Of a DNA stretch of 64,000 bases, positions 49,334-64,000 are shown one piece after another. A model generated the notes under the pieces. It made no database searches. It saw only the letters and a list, made by a program, of their open reading frames with translations, and was not told the DNA's origin. The DNA lies in contig NC_058375.1 in assembly GCF_018350175.1 (NCBI RefSeq), positions 36,642,001 through 36,706,000 on the forward strand, given 5' to 3'. How positions within the stretch are numbered: the stretch's first letter is position 1; every line of letters begins with the position of its first letter. The translations under genes and the position numbers were made by a program. Source of the DNA: Felis catus (lineage: Eukaryota).

Positions 49334-50016
49334 TCAGCCTGCCTGCCATGGTTCTGGGTGACCTGGCTTCATGGAGCACTCGTTATGTGTCAAGCATCAC
49401 GCAAAACCTTTTATTTAAATTAGCTCGTTAAATTATCCCAACAACCCTCTGAGGTTACTATCCTTTCACAGTTAAGAAAACTGAAGGTTTAGAGAGATTC
49501 TGAGAATTATCCAAGACGGCCATGCTAGTAAATCCTTACCATCCCATACAATCTGCATCTCTCCGCTCTTTTCCCACCACTCCCCTCCCCTCCCTTAGTT
49601 TGCTCCAGCTCCACTGGCATCCCTGCAATTCCTCAAGCATGCTAAGCACCTTCCCACTTCAGGGCCTTTGCACTCGTCAATCTTCTCTAGAACACTCTTC
49701 CTCCAGATAGCCACCTGGCCCTCTCCTTACTTCCTCCAGCTTTCTGTTCACGTCACTTGCTTAACAGACGCCTTCCCTTTCTAAAATGCATCACCCATTA
49801 TTCTGTCTTCCCTGCTTCACTATCTTCAGTAAGTTATCATTTCCTGACATCACACGTTTATCTGGCTTTTTTGTTGTTGATCTTGCCCCGCACAATGTAA
49901 GCTCCACAAAGGTTGCTTCTGATTGTAGCTCTAGAACCCAGATCAGTGCCTGGCATGCAGTAGTTGCTCAATAACTATTTGCTAAATAAAAATGACAAGG
50001 CTAAGATTGGAACCTA

Positions 50017-50265
<249 letters not shown>

Positions 50266-50336
50266 TCATGAGTTAATGTCACCAGCAAGGTGGGCTCAGC
50301 TTCAGCCCTCCAGGTCCCCCACCCCTAGAACCTCAC

Positions 50337-50402
50337 CGTGGCCTGGTTGAGAACGATGACATGGATGCCCCGGCCTTGCTCCCGAGCCTCGTCCTCCAGC
50401 AC
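50337..50402 (-). CDS. POMGNT1: POMGNT1 exon 5
   Basis: VLEDEAREQGRGIHVIVLNQAT; 66 nt. Confidence 0.95.
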
Positions 50403-50909
50403 CTACAGGGTGGCAGAGACAAAATCCAACTCTTCATGGTGGCATTCAAGGTCTCTCTGTCTTATGGGAATTTAAAAACTCAGCTGCATGAAACCTCTTC
50501 TCCTGCCTATGCCTCTGTTAACAGTTCTTTTCTGACCCAGCCTGAATGCCACCTCTTCCAGAAAACCTCCTTAAGTTATCCATTAGAGAGATCAGATCTT
50601 TCTAGAACCCTCCTCTCTACGGCTTTCAGACTCTTAGAGCCCTAACGTCTCTTCCTCGTGCTGGAGATATTATAATCCATCAGATTAAGCCCCTCGAACT
50701 GGGGCCAGCTCTGATTACCTCTAGGTCCCCAATGCCTGGAACTAGGCTGAGGTCAAAGAAGGGACCAGAAAACAGTTATGGGATAAGTCAATGAATTATC
50801 TACCTACTGATACTAACGATCACTTTGCATAATATTCCACTACATGCAACACATTTCATATACTTTTCTTTTAATCCTGACAAGGAGAAATCATTAGTCC
50901 CAGACTTTA

Positions 50910-51305
<396 letters not shown>

Positions 51306-51320
51306 TCAGCCTGGCCCCAC

Positions 51321-51435
51321 CATAGTCTTGTTCTGGCTCCGAGTCTCCATTGGCCTCACTGATTGCTCGACGCGTGTCCAGGATCAACTTGATGTTGACG
51401 ATGACGGTCACCAGTAGGAAAAGCACTGCCCCTGT
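51321..51435 (-). CDS. POMGNT1: POMGNT1 exon 3 (type II TM anchor)
   Basis: [31 protein letters not shown]; 115 nt. Confidence 0.95.
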
Positions 51436-52056
51436 CTGAGAGGAGCGGTAGGGATGACTAAAGAGGGGCACCCCCTCCAGATCATTGAGGGTCTTCCTGA
51501 AAGGAGGGCCCTGGCTGCAGTGAGGACACAGGGAGATCCTGGGGCCTCTCGTCCCTCTGTCCACCCATTTCTACTCCCCCCAGCCAGGGTCCAGTTTCAC
51601 AACCACCTCCTCCTGGGAACCACCCCTGACCCTTCTCTCTTCATCAGGGCCCTTCCTACCCAGAGCTCCTGTATTCTTCCATTTGAGGCCCTGATTTCCT
51701 TGGTCCCCTCCACAATTAGTTCCTAGAGATGGAGCCAGTCCCAGAGAACCAAGCTGGGGATCAGAAGACCTGGGTCTTAGCTCTGACTGCCTGACAGGTG
51801 TGTGTACCCCTGGGCAAAGCCTTCCTGATTAGACTTCAGGTTTTTGTCAGAAGCCTAGGAGGTTGTACTTGGGTTCTGATTCTAGAACTCTGGGCCCAAA
51901 CCACCACCTCGTAGCGACGTGACACAAAGAGGTTTCCTCTCTAGAAACCTGCCGCCCCTTTCCAGGGTTGGGGGTAGCCAAGGTAAGTCCCAGTGCCAAT
52001 AGTCTAGGCTAGGGTAAAGCTGGGAGGGAGCCCCTAGGAGGTTTGGGACATTTCTA

Positions 52057-52221
<165 letters not shown>

Positions 52222-52449
52222 TCAGGAATCTGAGAGGACCAGAGGGTCACATGGAGTAAGGTGTTCCTCCCAAAGTCTGATACCTTCTAGGGAGACCAGG
52301 GAGGACCTCCCAGCAACGCTTCCCTGAAGACATCCACGCTGTGTGACCTGAGAAAAGTGGCTCAACTTCTCTGGAGAGGAAACCTTCAGAGGGGTCAGAT
52401 CACCTGGAAACTCCCCCTGGGGCTGGGGTAACTGACACAGCTGCTCGGG

Positions 52450-53150
52450 GACCTTCCCCCCACCCCCCGCCCCCCGCGCCGGAGAAGGGGCCAAACAATC
52501 GGCTCTCGAGGTTTATCAGCTCCTAAAAGGGCCAAGCTCCAGGTCTTCCTAGTCCTGTTGTGGGCAAAGGGCGGAGACAACCCCCTTCCCCAGCCCCCAA
52601 TCCTTCCACCCCCTTGCGCCCTCGCCCTCTCCTATCTGGCCCCATTCTTCTCCTCCCAGGGCTCGGGGCCGCCTGAGGACTCGGGAAACCTGCCCCGGCC
52701 GCGCCACCCCTCCCGGACTCTTGCCCAGAGGCACTCACGGCTCAGGGGGCCCGGGCCCCACTCGGGCCCCTCTCGGGCCCGCACTGCTCGGCCCGGCGCG
52801 CCGCGGCCTCCGCCTCCTCCATGCCGTTCGCGGCCCCGCCCCGGCCCGGCCCGGCCCGCCTCCCCGCTTCCGCCGCCGCCGCCGCGGGGTGAGAGGGCGG
52901 CGGGCGGCGCTTAGGGCGGCGGCGACGAGTGTCAGCAGCCCGCGAGTGCCGCGAATACTCAGCAGCCCCCGGCTCGCAACCAGCGGGCGGGGTGGCTGCG
53001 AGGGGAGAGCAGATCCGGCCCCCCATCCCCACCCCCACCCCCGACGTCTTGGTCCCCAGCATCGCCGATGGCAAACTGGATTCAAGTCGGAGTCCTAGAG
53101 ATTTGGACTAGACCATTCGGGATTCCAGGGTCATAGGGCCTACAGGCCTC
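52450..53150 (-). promoter_or_regulatory. POMGNT1: POMGNT1 CpG-island promoter and non-coding exon 1 (donor CC|GTGAGT, exon end 52739)
   Basis: Very CpG-rich; GC boxes; CGGAAG ETS motif; strong donor. Confidence 0.8.
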
Positions 53151-53589
53151 GGACACAGCTACCTGCTCCCCTTGCTTGGCCAAGGCTGCACGCACCTAGG
53201 TCTAGGGTATGCAGGCCTAGGGTATGCGTTTGGAGGCTGAGGGGAATTAAAAACCTGCTTCTCCCACGACCTGAGACCTTGGGCAAGTCACTGCACGTCT
53301 CAGCCTAGGTTCCCTCATCTGTGAAATGCTTACTCTATATGATGCTTACTCTATGCCAGTCACTGTTCAAGCACTTTACTTCCATCAACTCATTGAATTC
53401 CACAACCCCATGAGTTAGGTGCTATTACTAATGAGGCCCAATGTCACAAAGCTAGGAGAGCTAGAATTCAAACCTAGGCATCCCAGCTCCGGATTTTACT
53501 CACAACCCCTGCCCTATACTGACAAGAAAAATACAGAGTTGTTGTGAAGGTTTAATGAGATAATACATACAAAGCACTTAGCTTAACAT

Positions 53590-53735
53590 AGTAATTCTCA
53601 AACTTTACCTTGCATCAGAATCACTTGGAGGGTGCCTTAAAACACAAATTGCTGGGCCCCATTCTAAGAGTTTTTGATTCATAGTCTGGGGTAGAGCAGA
53701 ATACTGCATTTCTAACAAGTTTCTAGGTGATGGAG
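53590..53735. mobile_element. MER5A-like hAT remnant (another at ~55180-55315)
   Basis: ttctcaaactt..tgcatcagaatcacttggag..ctgcatttctaacaag. Confidence 0.7.
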
Positions 53736-55776
53736 ATGCTTATTTGAAGTGAATGGGTAGCTATGCAAGTAAGCAGAGGAGCAATATAGTTCCATTTAAG
53801 AGAACCTTTACTGTTTTGTGAAGACTGTTTTAAAAGGAAACAGAGGAAGCCAGACCAGTTAGATTTTTTTTTTTTTGAGCTCTCCATATTCCACCTGCTC
53901 CCTACGTGGTGGGATGGTATTCCCCCCCCCCCCCCACACACACCAAATGTTAACAGTACTTATCTTAGAAGCTAAGATAATAAGTGATTTTTCCTAATAG
54001 GTATGTATTAGAGAACAGAAGAAAATGCAACACATTTTATTAGCATTTGAAAAAGATGTCCCTCAGGGCTCCTTCCTGATCTTCACTCCTCAATCTCACT
54101 TTCAATGGAAGATCATATCCACTCTCTTGACCTCTGTAACCACCTAGATTCTTACACTCATATCTGCAGGGCTAATATTTCCTGAGCTCCAGGCTGACCT
54201 GTATCTAATTGCCTGCTGGACATCTTCACAGGCCCCTCCAACTCAATGTGACCCCTGCTGTAATCATCTCTTCCCACTCTTAGATCTCTTTTGGGGTTCC
54301 CTTCCTTGGTGAATGACAGCAGGAACAGCTGAAGTCATCCTTGACTCCTCATCTCCAACAACCAGCCGAGGTGTCTTTACTCACCAGCATACTCTCTGCA
54401 CCACGCGCAATGGCTAGCAAATGGTAGATGCTCCATAATATTTATTGAAATCACTCATTTCCTGAGCAAATACTCATGAATGCCACTATAAACAAATAAA
54501 TGTAACCAGTCACCAAGTCTTGTCAGTCTTACCTCCTTAAGAGTCCTCCATTGTGGTCTAACTGTTCTCCAATCTCACAACCTGCCCCTCCCTAGTCCAG
54601 TCCATTTCAGTTTCTTCCCTTCCAACCAGGTTCCTTGACTCCAGATTTGTACCCCTCCAATCCTTTCTCCTTGCAAAATCCAGAGCAGTTTTTCAAAAAG
54701 GTAAGTCTGGTTTTTAACCTCTGATTTAAAACTCTTCTGTGGATCAAGAGATATCAAGGAAAAACACATTACTTAAGGTTACAAGGTAACCATTAGATGA
54801 CCTAAAAATAGTGATAGAAATATTTAGGGTCAGTGGAAGAAGGGAAGTACAGAGTGTGAGATAAATCTATATTTATCATAATAGGAAGTCAGTAGATGAT
54901 ATTTAAAATTAATAAATAGTAGTACTGTATAAGCATATGTAGAGTTATGTGTATAAACACCAGAAAAAACAAAGCTGAACATCATTGTCTTTGGGGTGTG
55001 GGTATAGAGGTGGGAAAAGATAAAGCAGGGTTTGCATTGTAAATCCTTCTGTGACCATGGGCTGAAATAATTTGTATTAAAAACCCAAATCAAGCCAAAA
55101 CAACAACAAAAGTTTTTCATGGCTCCTCATTGCTTATAAAATATAATCCAAGCACTATAGAACTATCTTCTACAGTTCTACAGCAGTGTGGCCATCGCCT
55201 GGGAGCTTGTTAGAAAAGAAGAATCTCAGACCCCATCCCAGATCTACAGAATTACAATCTGCATTTTAACAAGATGTGCAGATAATTCATATGCACAGTC
55301 AAGCTTAAGAAGCATCAGTCTACAGGATCTGATCTGTCTGGCCCATGTGGACCTTTCATCTTCCATACTGATTACTTCTCAGTGGCCAGAAGAACGTTAC
55401 TTTCTTTCTTGTTTGTTTGTTTATTTGTTTGTTTAGAGCAAGCAGGGGAGGGACAGACAGAAAGGGAGAGAGAGAGAATCCCAAGCAGGTTCTACACTGT
55501 CATTACAGAACCAGATATGGGGCTTGAACCAACAAAACGTGAGATCATGACCTGAGTCTAAACCAAGAGTCCCTTGCATAACCAACTGAGCCACAAGGCA
55601 CAGAATGTTACTTTCTATTTCTTTAATCTAAACTCAGTGGCTGGGAGGGGTGGTGGTGGTGCCTGACTGACTTCCTCTTGATCCCGGGTTGTGAGTCTGA
55701 ACTCCACCTTGGATGTAGAGATTACTTACAAACAAACAAACTTAAAAAAATAAATTCAGTGGCTACACTGAAAGTG

Positions 55777-55814
<38 letters not shown>

Positions 55815-56019
55815 GTAGCTAAATTCTGACCACTGTTTTAGACCCAGCCCTTCTACTCCAGGAAGTCTTTCAAAAACCTCTGCAGATCTCTTAATTTCCC
55901 AAATTCCTGAGGATGCTTATTTAGCCTTTGTTCTGCGATACTGCTGTGTACCTGGCTAGATTTAGTTGGAAGAGTGGGCAGAAGGCACTGAACTCTCCTA
56001 GCGCCCCTTCAAGTACAAA

Positions 56020-56293
56020 TCCAAGCACAAATCGCCGAGCCCCACCCATTCCAGGGCCAGACGTTCAGACGTGTGCACAGCCCTCGACCGACACACACAC
56101 ATACACACGCACACGCACACGCGCGCGCGGCTCTGCGCTGCTTTTCTGAGTGTTACGGCGCCCTTCGACCGCCCCCGCGCGGCGCGGGAGGGGACCCACC
56201 GGTTCCGCTCGGCGCTAGTCGCGGAGAAAGGAGGACCCCTGGGAACAAGATCCCGCCGTCCGGTCTCCCAGCACTTTTAAGCGGTAGGCCCGC
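56020..56293 (+). promoter_or_regulatory. LURAP1: LURAP1 CpG-island promoter/5' UTR
   Basis: CpG-rich region with a (CA/CG)n tract directly upstream of the ATG. Confidence 0.7.
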
Positions 56294-56491
56294 ATGGAGG
56301 GGACTGCGGAGTCCCAATCGCCTGACCTTCGAGACGTGGAGGGCAAGGTGGGCAGGAAGACCCCTGAAGGGCTGCTCCGCGGGCTGCGAGGCGAATGGGA
56401 GCCAGGAACCTCTGGCGCCCTGCTGCTCCCGGGGGCGCCCAACACGGGCCACGGCCTGGGGGACAAGATCATGGCGCTGAGGATGGAGCTG
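56294..56491 (+). CDS. LURAP1: Leucine-rich adaptor protein 1, coding exon 1 (rest beyond window)
   Basis: MEGTAESQSPDLRDVEGKVGRKTPEGLLRGLRG..LGDKIMALRMEL; donor CTG|GTGAGT; 198 nt; synteny. Confidence 0.92.
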
Positions 56492-58077
56492 GTGAGTGTG
56501 GGCTCCATGGGCCAGGGGATGGAATCCCCAGCTAGGGCTGAGGGACGGACTTATGCCCCCAGAGTTGGACAGGAGAGGAGAGCATTAAAATTCCCCATCT
56601 TACTCCTCAGGGTCCCTTCCAGATCAATCCTTAAACCCTGGGGTCCATTAATTGCCCCTCCCAAGGGTAAGTGGGGTGTTGATGGGTCCTGAAGACTTGA
56701 GGTGGGAGGCATGGGTTCTAGGAAGTTTTTACTGCAAAATAATTGGGTGGGGAGAGGTGAGGATTGGGAAGCACTGAGAACCTAGCACAGCCCAAATCTC
56801 CCCCACCCCACCCCTCCACCAGGTGCCATCTATCCCCTGGCCACCATTAAAGGGCAACCAGTTTCTTCTCTTCCTGCAAACTGGGTTGCTCCTCTGAGGC
56901 CTCAGTGTTCATGACAGGATTTAGCACAGAAGAGATCTGGGTGAAAACCTCCTGGACTAGGGCCACTAAAGACAGCCTCCCTTCCTGCAATGTTCTCCCA
57001 CCCCCATTTAAAATATTTGGAAGTTCCTAGAACCTGAGCAGTCAGAATAGCAGCACCATCAGCATTGGCTCCATCATCTCCGAGCCCCCCAAGGATATTT
57101 ATATTTTATCTGTAACTTCTTGGGGAGAAGAGAAGGAAACAGGCACCCTCCCCCTCCCCTGTTGCTGCTGGTCTAGATTCAGAGCCAGAAGGGCATCTGG
57201 GGCTGCCTAGGCTCCCCAAGGCCCTAGTTCCGGTGAAGGGGGTGATTCACACCTGCCACCACTTTGCAGCCAGTTCTGGGGAACCGAAGAATTCTCTCTG
57301 GCTTAGAACCAGGAGGCCATGGTGAGTGTGTCAGTTAATAGGTTTTCCTGGAGCCCCACTGTCTGCCCAGTTCTGTGCCAGGCTGGGCTGTGAGAGAGCA
57401 GAGAAGGAGGGCACGGGAGCTCCTAGACAGCCTGCAAGTCTGAGAGGAGAGCCTTGTGGGCAGAGTAATCAGGGAAGGCTCGTGGGGGAAGGATTCGAAT
57501 GCCATGTGTGCACTTGACCCTGAAGGTTGGAGGTGAGTGCCAGATTCTTCAGGGCAGGGCTGTGACTGCCCACCTAAGGGAGGGGCTCGAATTTGCCTCA
57601 TTGTACAAAGTGGTGCCAGGTATCATGTTGAGCACTTTACAAAATATTCGCTTAATACTCACAGCAACCCTATTTGGCAAGTGATCTTTTATAGATAAAG
57701 AAACTGAGGCACAGAGAGGTTAAATAACTACTCAAGGTCATATAAAAAGTAAAATGCAGAGCCAGGCTTTGAATCCAGATGATCTGCCTGCACTTTACAT
57801 TTTTAGCGTTGAGATCTGCTTTGTGCCAGACACTTTAAAGACATTTTACGTCATTGAAGTGAGAAGAGCAGTCATCATTCCTCCATAGGATGAAGCATGC
57901 TTGCAGGTGTTCAGGGGCTTGCCTGGGCTCACTCAGGAGCTCCGTGGTGGAGCCATGCCTCCTCTCTGGCTCAGAACTCTTCTGCCTTTGATGGAGATTT
58001 TCTGGTTGTAAACTTTAAGGGGGTGCATTTAACTTCTGATCAGGTCTCTGCATTCTGTTTTTTAATGTTTATTTTGG

Positions 58078-58112
<35 letters not shown>

Positions 58113-60149
58113 CAGGGTGTGAGTGGGGGAGGGGCAGAGAGAGAGGGAGACGCAGAATCTGAAGCAGGCTCCAGCCCCAGCTGTTGGGCACAGAGCCAGA
58201 CCCTGGTAATGACCTGAGCCTAAATTGGAGCTTAACTGACTGAGCCACCCAGGAGCCCCAGGTCTCTGCATTCTTGACCCAGCCTGGTCTAGGACCCTAG
58301 GCTGCCCATTAAAGGCACAAAGGAGGGCGCTTGCTTGGGGGCCCAAACAGTGAAAGGTCACTACCTACCCCATTCCTTTCTCTCTCCTTGGTCAAGGTGT
58401 CATTGATATATTTGCGTACTCTGCCCTGCCCACTGGGTTGCACCTAGGGAGGACGGGACAGGGCAGGGGGTTTCCCTTGGAGCAACTGGTGGCACTACTG
58501 GTCCAAGCCCTCTAAGCACTGTCCTTCAACTGTCCCTCTCCCAGCAATCCTGCAGGGAGGGGATAGGCCTGCTCTTGAGGCCAAGGTTATTCCTGCTTCT
58601 AGGCTCCTTTCCTCTTGGTTCCCTCCCCCTCTCACACGTTGAGTGAACCAGCCAGAGTCTGGGGTATGTGGGAAAGGAAAACAATAGCAACCTTCCCTAC
58701 TTAATCCACCCAAAGAACTGTTGCTGTGACAACCTGCCCCCACAGAGCCCCCACAGAGCAGCTTGAGAAAAAGCTTCAGGCAAGAAGGGGGAGAAGACCT
58801 GGGTTCAAGTCCTGGCTCAGCTCCTGAATCATTTTGAGATCTTGAGCAGGGCCCTGACTTTCTTTTGGCCTCAGTTTTTCTGCCTCTTGGAAGATGAGAG
58901 GACAGGAGCTTGTGGGACCAGATAGTCCTAGTAAGAATAGTCTGAGAATCTCAATCTGTGGCCAGGGAGCTGGGCCTGGAATCTCCAGGCTTTACCCCAG
59001 GGCCTGATTTGTATTGAGTGATGAGGGAGCCATACTTGTGACCCGAGGGCTGGGCCAAGAGTCTAATATGTATGTGTTAAGTGGGGGAGTGGGGAACCTG
59101 AATCCCCCTGGGAAGAGAATTGGATTGTGGTGGCCTTTAAGGCTGCATCTCTCTGAGCTATTTATACCTTTCTGTTTCCAAAGAGATGGTGTGGAATGAG
59201 TGTTTCTTTTTCTGGCAAGAAAAGCCTTGCTTTTTTCTATTCTGGGGAGTGATGCTGTCACAGTCAGGGAATCCCACTGTCACAGAACTCATTTTTCATC
59301 AGCGTGGTAAAACCCAACCCCCTGAATCCTGGAGACCTCCAGAGGGGCCAAGGATGGTAAAGGCAATAGGATCACAAAGTCTAATATGACCTAGGCTAAG
59401 CACCATAAATGAACTGTGCAGGACCTACTCTCGGGGAGCTCACAGTCTGAATTCACAGGAAGGAGGGAGAGAGACTAATAACTCTGGTACAGGACCGTAA
59501 GTGTTATTGGAACACAGCATGGGCTTCCTGGAAGAGTTTTCATTAAGGAGTGACATGGTCAGATTTGTACTCTGGAAAGGCTACTTTTTTTTTTTTTTAT
59601 GATTTAATTTTTAAGTAATGTCTACATCTATCATGGGGTTTGAACCCTCAACCCTGAGATCAAGAGTCATACACTCTACTGACTGAGCCAGCCAGGCACC
59701 CCTGGAAAGGCCACTTTGAATTGGAGGGGTTACATGCTGTTTCCTCTGGTTGGAATGTCTCTCTCCACAGCTTAGTCTGGCTAAGTCCTACTTAACCTTT
59801 ATGCCTCGGCTGATGTGCCTTATTCTAGGAAGCATTTTCTTACCTCCCTTTGTTGGGTTAGGGCCCTCTAGGTACCTGTGGCCCTCTATATAGCAGTTGT
59901 TTCCCCTAGCATTTACTACATTGAATTTTTAGTGCTTGTGTCATTGTCTTATCTTACCCATAGATTGTGAACTCCCCGAGGCTAAGAAATGGTGTCTTTT
60001 CTTCCTTTAACACAATGCAATGCCTATAAGAAACACCCAGTAAATATTGTTTCATAACTGAATGGATTAATTACATCGTGAGGAAGAGCAGGGAAGACTT
60101 CCTAGAGGAGGTGGCATTTGAGGCTGGGGCTTGAAAAATGAATAAAGTC

Positions 60150-63100
60150 AGTGGGAATTCCAATTCAAGATGGCAGATTGAACACATGCATTTACCTTCA
60201 TTTCCTTCTGAAACTTCACTAAAAGGCCAATAGAAGGATTATTTTAAAGGCCATGAAACCATTATGACAACAAAAATAGGAGAGAAGATGATAGGAATAA
60301 AATTTTGGAAGCTAAAGAGCAGAAGGAAGACTTGTAACTTAGTAGACCTGAAAAAAAAGCTGAATTTCAAGCTAGCAGCAAGGAAAGCTGAAAAGCAACA
60401 CATTTTGCACTACAGAAACCCTCAAAGGTCACAGGAGTTGGAAGCACTGGGTATTTCTAGAACTGGGGGGCACAAGTGAAGCTGAAAACAGAAGGGTTTG
60501 TGAATGTCTGTTTAAGAATCATATTCTAAGATGGGGCGCCTGGGTGGCTCAGTTGGTTGAGCGTCCGACTTCGGCTCAGGTCATGATCTCACAGCTCGTG
60601 AGTTTGAGTCCTGCGTCAGGCTCTGTGCTGACGGCCTGGAGCCTTCTTCAGATTCTGTGTCTCCCTCTCCCTCTGCCCCAACCCACTCACATTCTGTGTC
60701 CATCTCTCTCAAAAATAAATAAACATTAAAAAAATTTTTTTAATAAAAATTAAAAAAAAGAATCATATTCTAAGATCTCCAGGTGCCAGCCACTTCTTTA
60801 TCCTAACAGAAGATTGGAGATGTAAGTTTTGGAAAAGAATAGTACAGAAGGAAGGGAAGAAGGGGAAGAAAGGAGAGAAGAAAGGAAGAAAGGAGGAATT
60901 ATAGCAGGAGAAGCATTTTTAGTTTGAGAAGTTTTATTTAATACATCTAGTTTGGTTTTGGACTAGGGCTGTTGGTTTCACTGCTAACTTATTTGTCCCC
61001 AGTATGAAATAATTGAAGATAATCTTCTTTATCATATGTCATTAATAATCTGTATAGTCTGTGGCATTTTAGTTGTTCATGTTTATATCTCTATTTAAAA
61101 AAATTTTTTTTAATGTTTATTTATTTTTGAGAGACAGAGACAGAGCATGTGCAGGGGAGGGGCAGAGAGAGAGGGAGACACAGAAGCTGAAGCACGCTCC
61201 AGGCTCTGAGCTGTCAGCACAGAGCCCGATGTGAGGTTCAAACTCACAGACTGCAAGATCATGACCTGAGCAGAAGTTGGATGCTTAACCAATTGAGCCA
61301 CCCAGTTGCCCCTGTTCATATCTCTTTATTGAAACTGCAAGTTTCTGTTAAGTAGGGACAGTTTCTCCATTATCTTTGTAATCATTAGACAACTCAGGAA
61401 CCAAATAACCATCTGTTTCATTGAATTAGAGTTGTGATATTATTCCAAAGTCACAAATAATTTCAGGTACAGAATTTTGTTCTGTGCTTATGCCATGGTA
61501 ATTAGGTTTACCATAGTAATATGTAAAGTTAAATAGCTACCATTTATGAACTAATACTTGTCAGGCAGTATCTTGTGCATGTTAATGCATTCCTTCCATT
61601 TATTTTTATTTTTTAAATGTTTATTTATTTATAATGAAGGAGAGAGAGCAAGAGGGGGAGGGGCAGAGAGAGAGGAAGAGAAAAATCCCAATCAGGCTCT
61701 ATGCTTAGCACAGAGCCCAACACAGGGCCATCTCATGAACCATGAGATCATGACCTGGGCCGAAATCAAGAGTCAGACGCTTAACTGAGCCACCTAGGGA
61801 CACCCTTCCATTTTTTAAAATGAACTTTTTAATTAGGTAGTGTCCTCGGTGCACCTGGCTGGCTCAGTTGGTAGGGCATGTGACTCTTAATCTCAGGGTT
61901 GTGAGTTCAAGCCCCATGTTGGGTGTGGAGACTTTTTAATTAAAAATAAATAAATAAGTTAATTAATTAACTAAATAAAAATTAAAAAAAATAGTATCCT
62001 CATTTTACAATGAAGAAATGAAGGTTTAAAGGGGAATAAAAATTCCAAAATCATATGGTTCATTAATGGCATAACTGGAGTTTGAATCCATATCTGTTTA
62101 ATTCCAGTGCCTATATTTTTCTCAGTGTACAAATACTTGGTTATATTCTGGTTTATCATTCTAGATGTAAAACAATCATTTACTGAATAATTCAATAAAC
62201 ATTTATAAATTGATATTTAAAAAAAAAACACCTAGAACCAAAGGTCTCCAGATTGAGAGACAACAAAGTTGAAGGCAAGAGGGATTAAGTAAAAATGTTT
62301 TAAATGTTATGATATACCCTTCTAGCATTTCCCCCTACTTGGCAGCTTTCCTTATATTCTCAAGATGGGTATAATATGGTGAATATGGTGAACCTGAGAG
62401 AAAGTAACCATAAGAGATACTGACTCAGGGCTAACCCAAATAGCCCAGCCAGATAATTGCCAGTTTGCAACCAGCTTTTTAGAGACCACTCTGAAGTATG
62501 AGCAGCTACTAAACACTGTAAGACACCTGATGAGACCCTCTAACTGTGCAGATGTAGATAAACAGAAAAAAACAACTTGAATGAAATGGAGATAATATTG
62601 GAAGATGAGAACTTATAAGAAAAATCATTAACTATATCCCAAAAAGATAATATTGCAGCCATATCAGGAAGCTATAAACAGGAAAACATTCAGAGAACTA
62701 GAACAACTCTTAGAAATAAAAAGATGATAGGAAAATATGAAAAACTCAGTAGAAGGGTTGATAATGTTGAAATATTTCAGAAACTAGAGCAAATATAGAA
62801 AAAGATGGAAGAGGATTAAAAAAAAAAAAAAGAGGATCCGTCCAGGACACCCTCTATTCAAATAATAGGATTTCCAGAAAGATCATAGAAATAGTGGAGG
62901 AGAAATCAAGAAAGAAATAAAGAAAATCAGAACTGAAGGATATGAGCCTCCAGATTAAAAGGACCCATCAAGGGGCCAATTCAATGTATCAAAATAGACC
63001 CACGCCATGGCAAATTATTGGGATAATTTAGAACACTGGGAACAGGGTGCCTGGATGGCTCAGTTGGTTAAGCGTACAACTCTTGATTTCAGCTCAGGTC

Positions 63101-63950
63101 ATGATCTCACAGTTCATGGGTTTGAGCTCCAGATTCTGTCTCTCCCTCTCTCTCTGCCCCTCCTCCACTCACACGCTGTCTCTCTCTTTCAAAAATAAAT
63201 AAACATTAAAAGTTTTTTTTAATAATAAATATTAGAAATTTTATATATAAAAAAGAAGGCTCCTGAAGAGCTGTCTCTAAGAACATGGAATAGATGGAAG
63301 ATGTGATATGTTTAAAAGCCTTGAGAGGAAAATTCAGACAATTGGGAGAGGGTTTGAGGCTGACTTACTGATGATTATATAGCAAACTAAGCAAAAGAGT
63401 AGTAGTAGTGTATGTAGTAGTAATAATATGATAATAACGTAATAATTACGTAAGATGATACATATCATTTATTATTATTCTAAGGCATAATTACAATATT
63501 ATTACTCTAAGGAAAACATGAAGTAAGAAATGAAAAGTAGCCATAGTAAACTGTACAACTTAGCCGCGAATAGCATTTCCAAATCCTAATAAGGTAAATA
63601 CTGAATAATTCATTTTATCGCGTATGTTGGAATACAGAGAGAAAGGTGTCTGTATGGCAGAGGATCGGGGAGTAGGATGAAAAAGTTAAATCCTTAACCT
63701 TCTATCGTATGGGAAGGCAATAGAAAACACCTAAAACTTAAAAGTCAGTAAGTGGAATGTTATTTGGAGATTAGAATCTAAGTACCAAAATAAGCAGATA
63801 AAAAATGAATAATGGTTGTTTCTGGGAAGAAAGATTTAGGATTAGGATGGGGGACTGTTACTTTCATGATAAATCTCACAGAACTCTTTGCGTCTTTAAT
63901 CTATGTGCATTCATTACTTTGCCTAAAAGGAAAATTAAATAAATATGAAA
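60150..63950 (+). mobile_element. Old L1/HAL1-like 5' UTR-ORF1 fragments with several SINEs (~60534, 61104 -, 61600 -, 61848, 63045)
   Basis: caagatggc 5' motif; ORF1-like IQIIGFPE remnant near 62855-62880; SINE TSD aagaatcatattctaagat. Confidence 0.6.
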
Positions 63951-64000
63951 TCAGGAAGTCATGTGTGACGGGACTGGGGGGCTTCCAGGGAAGTATGCTA

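Noticed and set aside
52558-53111. Several 110-125 aa ORFs on both strands at the POMGNT1 promoter
   Set aside because: Stop-poor GC-rich CpG island with Pro/Arg/Ala/Gly bias; no recognisable protein.
56492-56692. C-terminal half of ORF 56294-56692
   Set aside because: Read-through into LURAP1 intron 1 past the GTGAGT donor.

Overview
Mammalian (felid) genomic DNA: dense tRNA-derived carnivore/feline SINEs with TSDs, L1/L2/MIR, MLT1 LTRs and MER-type DNA transposons. Gene order matches the human 1p34.1 block upstream of PIK3R3. It carries the 95-aa microprotein gene P3R3URF (-, 2 coding exons), TSPAN1 (+, 7 coding exons, 241 aa), POMGNT1 (-, 21 coding exons, 660 aa, one exon hidden in an N gap) and the first coding exon of LURAP1 (+). 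The most striking unexplained structure is at ~5.2-9.5 kb (-): a heavily decayed but colinear Ty3/Gypsy retrotransposon (PNMA/Ma-like gag, then protease, RT, RNase H, integrase), readable only by translating across stops, frameshifts and younger insertions. Other notable items: a phase-1 P3R3URF exon that could act as an alternative PIK3R3 N-terminus, a 3'-truncated 7SK retrocopy inside an L1, a local templated insertion, a dual-use splice site in the TSPAN1 5' UTR, POMGNT1 uORFs, an orphan CpG island, and MEF2 and RFX motifs. Exon boundaries were read by hand from GT-AG sites and frame. Orthologue and repeat-family names come from memory, not from database searches.
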